Source: an uncultured Bacteroidota bacterium (lineage in GTDB: Bacteria; Bacteroidota; Bacteroidia; Chitinophagales; Chitinophagaceae). From it: a DNA stretch of 64,000 bases. Both the position numbers and the translations under genes were made by a program. Shown here in pieces: positions 46,358 to 55,077 of the stretch. The stretch's first letter is position 1. Every line of letters begins with the position of its first letter. The stretch is from positions 3,622 through 67,621 of the forward strand of contig CAIVEW010000079.1 in assembly GCA_903905065.1 (NCBI GenBank), given 5' to 3'. The notes beneath the pieces were generated by a model that saw nothing but the letters and a program-made list of their open reading frames with translations, made no database searches and had not been told where the DNA came from.

Positions 46358-47466
46358 GATGCGACGGCATCCTTTTTTTTCGCCCCATACTGGAATTTTT
46401 TCTTCAAATTCAGCAGCGGAAGCTCAATGAATTTGTAAGAAAGCGAACATATGATCAGCAATAGGGCTAGTTTCATACCGTAGGAAAAATAATAACCGGT
46501 AAACGCCGGGCTAACGCCAAGTGCCTTTAAGTATGGAATAATGTTTTCGTTATACATTGGGTCAAGGTTGTAATGGTACAGATATATGCCGTAACTGATC
46601 CTTCCAATATAATTAAGAACGGGATTTTCCATTATGTATTTCCTGACCCATTCGATCTTGTTGTTTATTGCAAACATTATTAACGCCAGTGCCAGTGCGC
46701 TGTCAACAACGTGGCCAAAAGCTCTGAATATAGCTACTCCGGGAAAGGGCGCCACCATCAAGGCAAAGTATATAATTATTGGTAATACGACTTTAAACCC
46801 ACTTTCAAATTTTATACGGCTTTTATCATTTAGCCTGACGTACGCATATAAGGCGCCAACCCCAAAGGAATCGATTAATTGATAAACAAGAACCGCGAAG
46901 TCATTGTGGTGAATATATAATGTCACATACCTGCTTGCTAAGCCGACAATAATGGTAAATATGAATAACGGTTTAAGATACTTGTTGTTGACAAATATGA
47001 TTACCCATGGCCAAATAATATAGAATTGCTCTTCCACACATAGGGTCCACACGTGTGAAATTTCATTTGTGTGGTGTCGCCTGAAGATCAAAATATTTGC
47101 TGTATAGGTGACAAAATAAATAAGGTGCTCCCGCACCGTTGGGAAGCAAAGTAAAAAGCAGGCAAGTATGAACAAGTAGTAAATAGGGAAAATGCGCAGG
47201 CTCCTCCTGATAAAGAAGTTTTTTATGATCAAAAAACGGTCTTTACCTTTATATTTTTCCTTTTCATTAAGTAATATGCCTGTGATTAGGAATCCGCTCA
47301 AAACGAAGAAAAGATTAACACCAAATGCAGTCTTTAGCAAAAAAATGTGTTCGATATAAGCGGATAGCGTGTTTGGTTTCACCACCGGGTTCCATCCCCA
47401 ATGTTCTATTATCACAAAGAAAACTGCTAGCGCTCTGAGGGTGTCTAGGCCCTTTACGTATTTCAA
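46354..47466 (-). CDS. Acyltransferase family 3 membrane protein (O-acyltransferase)
   Basis: The N-terminus is GLDTLRALAVFFVIIEHW. It has ~10 TM segments and SYGIYLYH near the C-terminus. Confidence 0.85.
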   Translation of the reverse strand: MKYVKGLDTLRALAVFFVIIEHWGWNPVVKPNTLSAYIEHIFLLKTAFGVNLFFVLSGFLITGILLNEKEKYKGKDRFLIIKNFFIRRSLRIFPIYYLFILACFLLCFPTVREHLIYFVTYTANILIFRRHHTNEISHVWTLCVEEQFYIIWPWVIIFVNNKYLKPLFIFTIIVGLASRYVTLYIHHNDFAVLVYQLIDSFGVGALYAYVRLNDKSRIKFESGFKVVLPIIIYFALMVAPFPGVAIFRAFGHVVDSALALALIMFAINNKIEWVRKYIMENPVLNYIGRISYGIYLYHYNLDPMYNENIIPYLKALGVSPAFTGYYFSYGMKLALLLIICSLSYKFIELPLLNLKKKFQYGAKKKDAVAS

Positions 47467-47666
47467 ATCGCGGATTTTGAGGTAAAAATAATATTATTTT
47501 GCTCCAAAAGGCTAAAGGAGAATGCCGGAGTAACAAATGCAGGCCTTAAGGTGATTCGTACAAACCAGTTGTGTTTGACAACGAAGGGGAAAGGTGGAAA
47601 AAACCAGGCGACTGACTTTTTTAACTTCTCAACAAAATAGCTATCTTGCAGCGCAAATTCACTTTC

Positions 47667-47810
47667 ATGAATCACCTCATACTAAGCGCATTTTACGATA
47701 ACGTAAACAAGAACGTAGGCCCAACCCTAATGTGGGTATTTTTCCTGCTGATGATCATTGAGCTTCTTTACGTTATGGCGAAATACCTGGATTCTCACGA
47801 CAGAACCTAA
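47667..47810 (+). CDS. Possible 47-aa single-TM micro-protein directly upstream of pdxH
   Basis: My own translation is MNHLILSAFYDNVNKNVGPTLMWVFFLLMIIELLYVMAKYLDSHDRT*. Its stop lies 2 nt before the pdxH GTG start. Confidence 0.3.
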   Translation: MNHLILSAFYDNVNKNVGPTLMWVFFLLMIIELLYVMAKYLDSHDRT

Positions 47811-47812
47811 AC

Positions 47813-48466
47813 GTGGCCGGTAAAGAACTAAATATTGCTGATATCCGCCAGGACTACAGGCTTTCTGTACTGGACGAAAATTCGGTGGGGGAAGACCCGA
47901 TTTCTTTTTTTCAAAAATGGTTTACTGAAGCTGAAAATGCCCAGGTAACGGAGATTAATGCCATGACGCTGGCTACGGCAGATGGCAAAGGAATACCCCA
48001 CGCCCGGATAGTGCTGCTGAAAGGCCTGGACAAGAGCGATTTCGTTTTCTTTACCAACTATGACAGCGCCAAGGGCAACGAATTAGGGGCAAACCCATTT
48101 GCCGCGCTTGTTTTCTTCTGGAAGGAACTGGAGCGACAGGTGCGAATTGAAGGCCGGATTGAAAAAATAGCTGCCGCCGACAGCGACGCCTATTTTCAGT
48201 CGCGCCCAGTGGGCAGCCGCATAGGGGCCTGGGCATCGCCGCAGAGCCAGGAAATAACAGACAGAAATATCCTCGACCTGAATTATACTAAGTATGAAAA
48301 TGAGTTTTCTCAAATAGAGATACCACGCCCACCGCATTGGGGAGGATACAAAGTATTACCAAACCACATAGAATTCTGGCAGGGCCGCAGCAATCGTATG
48401 CATGACCGTATTTTGTTCGTCAGGAATGAAACAGGAGCATGGACACGCGCCAGGCTTGCACCTTAA
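47813..48466 (+). CDS. pdxH: Pyridoxamine 5'-phosphate oxidase
   Basis: Motifs are ADIRQDY, MTLATADGKGIPHARIVLLKG, FFTNYDSAKG and IEFWQGRSNRMHDRILF, ending in ...RLAP. Confidence 0.93.
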   Translation: MAGKELNIADIRQDYRLSVLDENSVGEDPISFFQKWFTEAENAQVTEINAMTLATADGKGIPHARIVLLKGLDKSDFVFFTNYDSAKGNELGANPFAALVFFWKELERQVRIEGRIEKIAAADSDAYFQSRPVGSRIGAWASPQSQEITDRNILDLNYTKYENEFSQIEIPRPPHWGGYKVLPNHIEFWQGRSNRMHDRILFVRNETGAWTRARLAP

Positions 48467-48474
48467 TTATCCGC

Positions 48475-49266
48475 TTATTTTGTTTCTGTGATTGTATTGG
48501 CCGCTGCCGGGTGGCTATCCACAGTAGTATCTGCGGCTCCTCTTCGTTTCCACCGGATGCCGTAACTGACATAGACGTTAAAATCAAAGGCTACATTTTT
48601 ATCGCCTTTACCATAGCCCGCGATGTATAGCGGCGCGAGGTCATTGAAACTTTTACCATTGAACAATATCTTGCCCCTGGCGGTCCACCCACCGAAGAGA
48701 CCTTTTACAAACTCTACGCGCATGCCGGCATTTAGCTCACCCCAATATGCCTGGAAAGTTTTACTTTCGGTTTTACCGGTATGATTTCCCCATACACTAT
48801 CCAGTGCTGTATAGGTAGCCTGTCCGCGATTCACATCCGCAAAGCCGGCCCTGAAGCCAATGAACATCATGTCCCAATCTGTGGGCCGATCGCGGGTGAG
48901 TAAACTCCTGTTAAAACCAAACCTGAAAAAATTATTTGTTGTGCTGTATTTCAAATCACTATAGTCCACCGTTGATCCTCCCCAGCCACCCTCAGCGACG
49001 AGGTAAAGGTCATTGTGCATGTAGTAGTCCATTGTAAATTCATAACCGAAACGGTCAGTAACCAAAGAGTTCAATACAGGATGAACCAAGTCAATGCCAA
49101 TAGCTAACTGGTGGCCTGCAAGGTCTTTCTTCTTGTTTTTTGGCGTAGCTGAGGTGTCAACGGCTACAGTATCTGCCGTTTGAGCGTGTGCCGTATGCGC
49201 GCAGGCTATTGCCGTCGCGCTAATGGCCAGGATGAATAAATACTTGCAAATGCTTTGTATTGACAT
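48475..49266 (-). CDS. Hypothetical outer-membrane beta-barrel protein
   Basis: It has a signal peptide and alternating beta-strand patterns, and it ends in aromatic-rich strands. Confidence 0.6.
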   Translation of the reverse strand: MSIQSICKYLFILAISATAIACAHTAHAQTADTVAVDTSATPKNKKKDLAGHQLAIGIDLVHPVLNSLVTDRFGYEFTMDYYMHNDLYLVAEGGWGGSTVDYSDLKYSTTNNFFRFGFNRSLLTRDRPTDWDMMFIGFRAGFADVNRGQATYTALDSVWGNHTGKTESKTFQAYWGELNAGMRVEFVKGLFGGWTARGKILFNGKSFNDLAPLYIAGYGKGDKNVAFDFNVYVSYGIRWKRRGAADTTVDSHPAAANTITETK

Positions 49267-49738
49267 TATTGGTTACACTGGTATTTGTGATATGCAGAGA
49301 GTCTATATAAACGTGGGTTGTGAGCACCGTATCAAGAGCGTAAAAATAAGTAAACCCGCACGCATTTGAGATAAACTGAAGGTTCCTTTGGTAATGAAAA
49401 GTGAGCGTGTCAAACGAATAAGCGGGCGTATCTGTTGCAAATATCCACTGACAAATATTGGAATCAGGGGAAAGGGAAATTGTAAAATCAGCTTGTTGCG
49501 GGTAGATAGTATACGGGTTATCAACAATTACAGACAGAGGGCGAAACACTGCCGCCGGCAGAGCCGTATCCACGAAAGTTGTATCTCCAATTACTAGTGG
49601 TGACGCGAGGTGCATCATTTCAATGTTTAGGCTCGCGATCTTAGGTGTAAGGCAGGGATCTCGCGTTTGTGTACAAGCCACCCATAAGCCACAGAACACA
49701 AACGCAATAAACGGAAGATATTTACGGGCTTTAATCAT
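49220..49738 (-). CDS. Hypothetical lipoprotein
   Basis: The lipobox is FVFCGLWVAC. Its 3' end overlaps the downstream barrel gene by 47 nt. Confidence 0.6.
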   Translation of the reverse strand: MIKARKYLPFIAFVFCGLWVACTQTRDPCLTPKIASLNIEMMHLASPLVIGDTTFVDTALPAAVFRPLSVIVDNPYTIYPQQADFTISLSPDSNICQWIFATDTPAYSFDTLTFHYQRNLQFISNACGFTYFYALDTVLTTHVYIDSLHITNTSVTNNVNTKHLQVFIHPGH

Positions 49739-50006
49739 TAAGCGTATGAAGTATTTTGTCTATTTCGGTTATCACACTGTCTAGCTGCCTGCGCATATTG
49801 TCTTTTTCTTCTTCATTCTCTGTTGCCGAACCAATACGCACACTTACCATACCCTGCTCCAGCGAGGCAAGCTTTTTAGTCAGTGAATCCACAGATTTGG
49901 TCTGCGCTGCCAAAGTTTGTTTCAGGCGCTTGTTCTCTGTTTCGAGCGCCGTGTATTTTTTCAACAGTGTGTCCAGTTTCTTGCCCAGTTGGTCCAGTGC
50001 TTCCAT
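49731..50006 (-). CDS. Small coiled-coil protein (ZapB-like architecture, hypothetical)
   Basis: The protein is 91 aa with heptad-rich sequence LDTLLKKYTALETENKRLKQTLAAQTKSVDSLTKKLASLEQ. Its start overlaps the pheT stop by 1 nt. Confidence 0.6.
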   Translation of the reverse strand: MEALDQLGKKLDTLLKKYTALETENKRLKQTLAAQTKSVDSLTKKLASLEQGMVSVRIGSATENEEEKDNMRRQLDSVITEIDKILHTLND

Positions 50007-52435
50007 TATTCTCTTATTTGTGCACTCAGTTTGTTTTTGTAAACGTCCATCAGCCGCTTCATCAGTTGCTCCGTCTCCGTATCTGTCAAAGTACGGTCTT
50101 GTAACTGAAAAATATAACTTAAAGCATAAGATTTTTTCCCTTTACCCAGTTTCTCGCTTTCGAAAACATCGAACAGGCCAAATGATTGCAGGGCATCAAG
50201 CCTCAATTGTTCGGTAACATCCTGTACCTGTTTGTAGTTAATGTTGTTCTCGAGGATAATAGCCAGGTCTCTTTGCACAGCGGGGAATTTGGCTACCTCT
50301 TTGTAACTGATCTTGCCCGCCGCCATTGCCTTGAGCCATTTTTCCCAGTATATCTCCGCATAATAAACCGGTTGTTTTACATCAAATTCAGCGCACCGTT
50401 TTGAAGATACTTGCATTGCCATGCACAGCGGTTGGTTCTTCCATTTCCACACTATTTCCTGTCCCCCGTTATTGTCTGTATAGGATTCGGTGGCAGAGAT
50501 ACCACTATAGCGCATCAGGTTCCCTATCATCCCTTTCAGGTAAAAAATATCTGCGCCCTTTTCTTTCCGGTCCCATTGTGCGGTGGTAGTGTTGCCAGTT
50601 ACCCACAGTGCAAGGCATGGGCTTTGCAGGTAATTGTTGCCTGCTTCTGGATGCGCATAAATATTTCCGAATTCAAATAATTGCAGGTCACTGCTTTTCC
50701 TGTTGCAGTTATATTGTATCACTTCGAGGCCGCCTTCCAGCATCGATGGCCTCATGACATCCAGCTCGCTGCTCAGGCTGTTTATCATGCGCACAAGATC
50801 GGTGCGTTCGGGATAGTATTTACTGTTCACTATTGAGTTGGTGACGATCTCCTGCAGGCCGATGCCGCAAAGCAATTCCGCCATTCGCTCCCTTTCCGCC
50901 CTGTCGCTTGGCAAACCCTTTGTCAAGGCAATATTCAGCCTGCCGGGTATCTGTATGTTATCCAGGCCATCTATCCGTAGTATCTCTTCTACAATATCTG
51001 CGGCCTGGCTTACATCAGTTTTGTTCGACGGCACTTTGAGTGTCAGCCCTTCTGCTGTTTCCTGCTCTATTTCAAACCCCGATGCAAGCAGTATTTCTTT
51101 TATTGCTTCTTGCGGGTAATCTTTACCGCTAAGCATTTGTATATGGCTATATGACACGGCTACAACAACGGGCTGCAGCGGTTGCGGGTATTCGTCTGTG
51201 ACGCCCGAACAAATCTCAGCGCCTGCAATTTCCACCATCAGGCCGGCAGCGCGCATCAGCGCCGGAAGCACATTATTAATGTCCACTCCTTTTTCAAAAT
51301 GCGTAGCTGCATCTGTGCGTAAATTATGATGCAAAGATGTGCGACGAATATGCTTGGGATCAAAGTAAGCACTCTCCACAAATACATTTGAGGTCGCATC
51401 GGTGATGCCACTTTCAGCACCACCGAAAACACCCCCAATAGCTAACGGCCCCTTAGCATCGCATATCATCAGATCATCGGCCTGCAGCTTTCTTTCTTTA
51501 CCGTCAAGGGCGGTAAAAACGCTGCCTTCCGGCATGAAGCGCACGTTGATCTCGCTGCCATTGATCTTATCTGCATCAAACGCATGAAGTGGCTGGCCGT
51601 ATTCATGCAGCACATAATTAGTAATGTCTACAATGTTATTAATGCTGCGGACACCCACGGTTTGCAAGCGCTGTTTCAGCCACTCCGGCGATGGGCCAAC
51701 CTTCACATTTCGCAGGCTGATACCCGCATACCTTGGGCAAGCATCAGGGGCTGCTATGTGTATTTTGATCGGGTTTGTCGTGTGCAGAGGTTTAAAATTT
51801 TCAACACCTACGCGGGTTTCCGGGACGTTTATCGAATAACGTTTCCCCTTGTGATGCGTAAGATAGGCACATACATCCCGCGCTACCCCAATGTGGCTGT
51901 TAGCGTCCGAGCGGTTGGGCGTCAGGCCAATATGTATTTCAAAATCCGTGTCCGGTATATTAAAATAGTTCTTTGCCAACGTCCCCACCACGGCTTCTTC
52001 CGGCAATATCAAAATGCCTGCATGGCTTTTCCCAAGGCCGATTTCGTCTTCCGCACATATCATTCCTGCGCTCTCCTCACCGCGTATTTTGGCTTTTTTT
52101 ATCAGGAACGGCTCACCTTCTGTAGGATGTACGGTTGCACCCACCGGGGCTACAACCACTTTCTGCCCTGCTGCCACATTGGGTGCGCCGCATACTATAT
52201 GTAAAGCCTCAGCACCTCCAATATTTACTGTCGTAACGCTGAGTTTATCAGCATTTGGGTGTTTTTCGCAAGTAAGCACTTCCCCAATTATGAGCCCTTC
52301 AAGGCCACCACGCACGCTCTCAACGGGCTCAACCGCCTCTACTTCAAGGCCGATAGAAGTGAGTATTTTACTTAATTCGTTTACTGGCAAGGGTTCCGGA
52401 AGATATTCGATCAACCACTGGTACAAAATGATCAT
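50006..52435 (-). CDS. pheT: Phenylalanine--tRNA ligase beta subunit
   Basis: The protein is 809 aa. It has an N-terminal tRNA-binding domain (GEVLTCEKHPNADKLSVTTVNIG), B3/4 and B5 domains, and a FDX-ACB C-terminus. Confidence 0.96.
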   Translation of the reverse strand: MIILYQWLIEYLPEPLPVNELSKILTSIGLEVEAVEPVESVRGGLEGLIIGEVLTCEKHPNADKLSVTTVNIGGAEALHIVCGAPNVAAGQKVVVAPVGATVHPTEGEPFLIKKAKIRGEESAGMICAEDEIGLGKSHAGILILPEEAVVGTLAKNYFNIPDTDFEIHIGLTPNRSDANSHIGVARDVCAYLTHHKGKRYSINVPETRVGVENFKPLHTTNPIKIHIAAPDACPRYAGISLRNVKVGPSPEWLKQRLQTVGVRSINNIVDITNYVLHEYGQPLHAFDADKINGSEINVRFMPEGSVFTALDGKERKLQADDLMICDAKGPLAIGGVFGGAESGITDATSNVFVESAYFDPKHIRRTSLHHNLRTDAATHFEKGVDINNVLPALMRAAGLMVEIAGAEICSGVTDEYPQPLQPVVVAVSYSHIQMLSGKDYPQEAIKEILLASGFEIEQETAEGLTLKVPSNKTDVSQAADIVEEILRIDGLDNIQIPGRLNIALTKGLPSDRAERERMAELLCGIGLQEIVTNSIVNSKYYPERTDLVRMINSLSSELDVMRPSMLEGGLEVIQYNCNRKSSDLQLFEFGNIYAHPEAGNNYLQSPCLALWVTGNTTTAQWDRKEKGADIFYLKGMIGNLMRYSGISATESYTDNNGGQEIVWKWKNQPLCMAMQVSSKRCAEFDVKQPVYYAEIYWEKWLKAMAAGKISYKEVAKFPAVQRDLAIILENNINYKQVQDVTEQLRLDALQSFGLFDVFESEKLGKGKKSYALSYIFQLQDRTLTDTETEQLMKRLMDVYKNKLSAQIRE

Positions 52436-52819
52436 CTAAAAGCAATTTTTGGCAAAGATAACTCCTGATAATAGCAAAAACTAAGTTCCGGTAAAAACCA
52501 TTAACAAAACCATTTTTACAGTTGATAAACATAATTCTTTGTGGATTGCTGTGGAAAAGCCGAACTTTATGTCAGCAACATGGTAACAACGCGTGGATAA
52601 GGCATCTTGTGAATGGGAAAAGTAAAGAATTAAAAAAAGTTTTGAGCCTCAAATTTCCGTTTACATTCGTCCTCCCCGAAAGGTTTTTAACCCTGGCTTA
52701 ATGATGGCTTAACAGTAAATCAACATTATAATTTGCTGAGAAAGAACAGGTAAACACGGTGAAATCAAAGATCATAAGAAATAAAATAATAAATATAAAA
52801 ACTCTCTCTATATAAGACA

Positions 52820-54490
52820 ATGGCAGTAAACATTAAAAAAGATTTTGGAAGTACAAGAAGCCGAAAACCCGACCTCACAACGCTCGTTTACGGTAAAGTA
52901 CCGCCACAGGCCCCCGAACTCGAAGAAGCAGTTCTTGGGGCTGCTATGCTGGAAAAAGACACTTTTGCGCAGATACTGGAGATCATCCAGAGTGAAGAGT
53001 GTTTTTACATGGATGCCCACCAGAAAATATACGCGGCCATGCGCCGGCTTTTTGATAAGGGCACCCCGGTAGACCTGCTGACGATAACGGAAGAACTCCG
53101 GAAAACGAATGAACTCGACATCGTTGGCGGGGCGTACTACCTCACACGGCTCACTATGAGCGTTCTATCAAGCGCCCATGTGGAAGCACATGCACGCATT
53201 GTGATGGAGAAATTCATTCAGCGCGAACTGATACGCATCAGCGGAGCCGTAATAGGCGATGCCTACGAAGACAGCACAGACGTTTTTGACCTGCTGGACA
53301 AAGCAGAATCAGGACTTTATGAGATCACAGATAAGCACCTCCGCAAGAACTTCAAGAGCCTCAATGAAGTACTGATAAAAACGGTAAACGAAATAGAGGA
53401 AAACCGGAAAAAGACCGACGATATTACAGGCGTACCATCTGGCTTCGCAGCCCTCGACCGGCTTACCGCCGGATGGCAAAAGACCGATCTTATTATTCTT
53501 GCCGCCCGCCCATCGGTAGGTAAAACCGCATTTGCGCTGAACCTGGCTATGAACGCTGCCATGAATACTGGCAAGCAATTTCCCGTCGCTGTTTTCTCTT
53601 TGGAAATGGGCGCAGGCCAGATCGTAAAAAGGATGCTTAGCGCGGTGACAGATGTGAGCATGGAATCCATTACCCGCGGTAAAATGGCCGAGCATGAGTT
53701 TGTACAGATGTCCCAGCGCATGAGCAAACTGGCGCAAGCCAAAATATACCTTGATGATCAGGCTGCGCTGAATATATTCGAGCTGCGTGCAAAGGCCCGC
53801 AGGCTGAAACAAAAACACGATATACAACTGATCATCATCGACTACCTGCAGTTAATGCAGGCCAGTGTGGACAAGAGCGGCAACCGTGAGCAGGAGATCA
53901 GTAAAATTTCGCGCGACCTCAAGGCACTGGCAAAGGAGCTGGAAGTGCCTATTATAGCTCTTTCGCAGCTCAACCGTTCTGTTGAAACAAGAAAGGAATC
54001 GAAAGTGCCTCAATTGAGCGACCTGCGTGAATCGGGTGCGATAGAGCAGGATGCTGACCTCGTTATGTTCCTGTATCGGCCAGAATATCATGGCATCAAT
54101 AACGATGCTATGGGTGAAACAATAGAAGGTGAAACACAGATACACATCGCCAAGCACCGTAATGGTAGTACCGGCATGGAGAAAGTACGCTTCATAAAAG
54201 AATACCAGCGATTTGTAGACATGGAAGATAACCGATTCAACGCAGGCGGCGGTAATTTTGGTGGCGGAAATGGCGGTGGTGGAAACTTCGGCGGCGGCGG
54301 CCCCAAGGACAACCCGCAGGCAGGCATACGCCGGGATACGAGCGATTTTGGCGGATCAAAGCTGTACATACCTGCCGGCGGATTCCAGACTCTGCAATCG
54401 AAAGTAAATGATGCCAACTGGGATGATGATGACCTGGGTGGTGGAGCGCCGTTCAAGGCACCTCCATCAAATGATGATGTGCCATTTTAA
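52820..54490 (+). CDS. dnaB: Replicative DNA helicase DnaB with a ~85-aa Gly-rich C-terminal extension
   Basis: The N-terminal domain has PPQAPELEEAVLGAAML. Walker A is ARPSVGKTAF and Walker B is LIIIDYLQLM, with SQLNRSVE and HIAKHRNGSTG also present. The extension ends ...NDDVPF. Confidence 0.95.
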   Translation: MAVNIKKDFGSTRSRKPDLTTLVYGKVPPQAPELEEAVLGAAMLEKDTFAQILEIIQSEECFYMDAHQKIYAAMRRLFDKGTPVDLLTITEELRKTNELDIVGGAYYLTRLTMSVLSSAHVEAHARIVMEKFIQRELIRISGAVIGDAYEDSTDVFDLLDKAESGLYEITDKHLRKNFKSLNEVLIKTVNEIEENRKKTDDITGVPSGFAALDRLTAGWQKTDLIILAARPSVGKTAFALNLAMNAAMNTGKQFPVAVFSLEMGAGQIVKRMLSAVTDVSMESITRGKMAEHEFVQMSQRMSKLAQAKIYLDDQAALNIFELRAKARRLKQKHDIQLIIIDYLQLMQASVDKSGNREQEISKISRDLKALAKELEVPIIALSQLNRSVETRKESKVPQLSDLRESGAIEQDADLVMFLYRPEYHGINNDAMGETIEGETQIHIAKHRNGSTGMEKVRFIKEYQRFVDMEDNRFNAGGGNFGGGNGGGGNFGGGGPKDNPQAGIRRDTSDFGGSKLYIPAGGFQTLQSKVNDANWDDDDLGGGAPFKAPPSNDDVPF

Positions 54491-54661
54491 TTCTTTGGGC
54501 GTATATTATAATCCTGAGAAAATAGGTGATTTGTGTAACCGGGCATCATGGATTTCTGCAATAAATATTAATCAACCGTTTGTTAAACGGGTTAATTAAT
54601 GTTAAAATAACATAATATTAGGAAATGTTTCGTAATTTAGATTCTAGCTAAATCTGCTATT

Positions 54662-54970
54662 ATGAAAACACTGATACTATCTGGTGTGGGGGGAAGTACC
54701 AACTGGCTTCCATTGATCTCTCCGCTAGTTCTGAGCGTTATTATCGCATACAGCGTTAATTTTCTCGTTAAGTATTTCAGGAAAAGGAGGCTGGAACGGG
54801 AGAATAATTTGATCAATGACCTGAATGGTTACTTTGAAGATGTAAGAACCCACAATCCGGAACGAAGTGACACAACTCCTTTTAGTAACGCCGGCAGGCA
54901 ATTGTTTATCGTTGCCAATATCTTTTATAGCATCGGCGGCTCTTGTATTTTCCATCAAATCGTTTGTTAA
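54662..54970 (+). CDS. Possible small membrane-anchored protein (hypothetical)
   Basis: The ORF is 102 aa with one N-terminal TM helix. A similarly long antisense ORF exists, so coding status is uncertain. Confidence 0.3.
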   Translation: MKTLILSGVGGSTNWLPLISPLVLSVIIAYSVNFLVKYFRKRRLERENNLINDLNGYFEDVRTHNPERSDTTPFSNAGRQLFIVANIFYSIGGSCIFHQIVC

Positions 54971-55077
54971 ATTTGTCGGGAGGCAACTGCAGAAGCATGA
55001 ACAGTTAAACTGACACCCCGTCATTTGGGGTTGATTATTTAATGGTTAACTTTGTGCTTTAATACAATATCCTGGTA

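Noticed and set aside
52436-52819. The possibility that the long AT-containing spacer with DnaA-box-like sites upstream of dnaB is the chromosomal origin.
   Set aside because: There are only three imperfect boxes, no dnaA or dnaN nearby, and no clear array of AT-rich 13-mers. I kept it only as a low-interest regulatory hypothesis.
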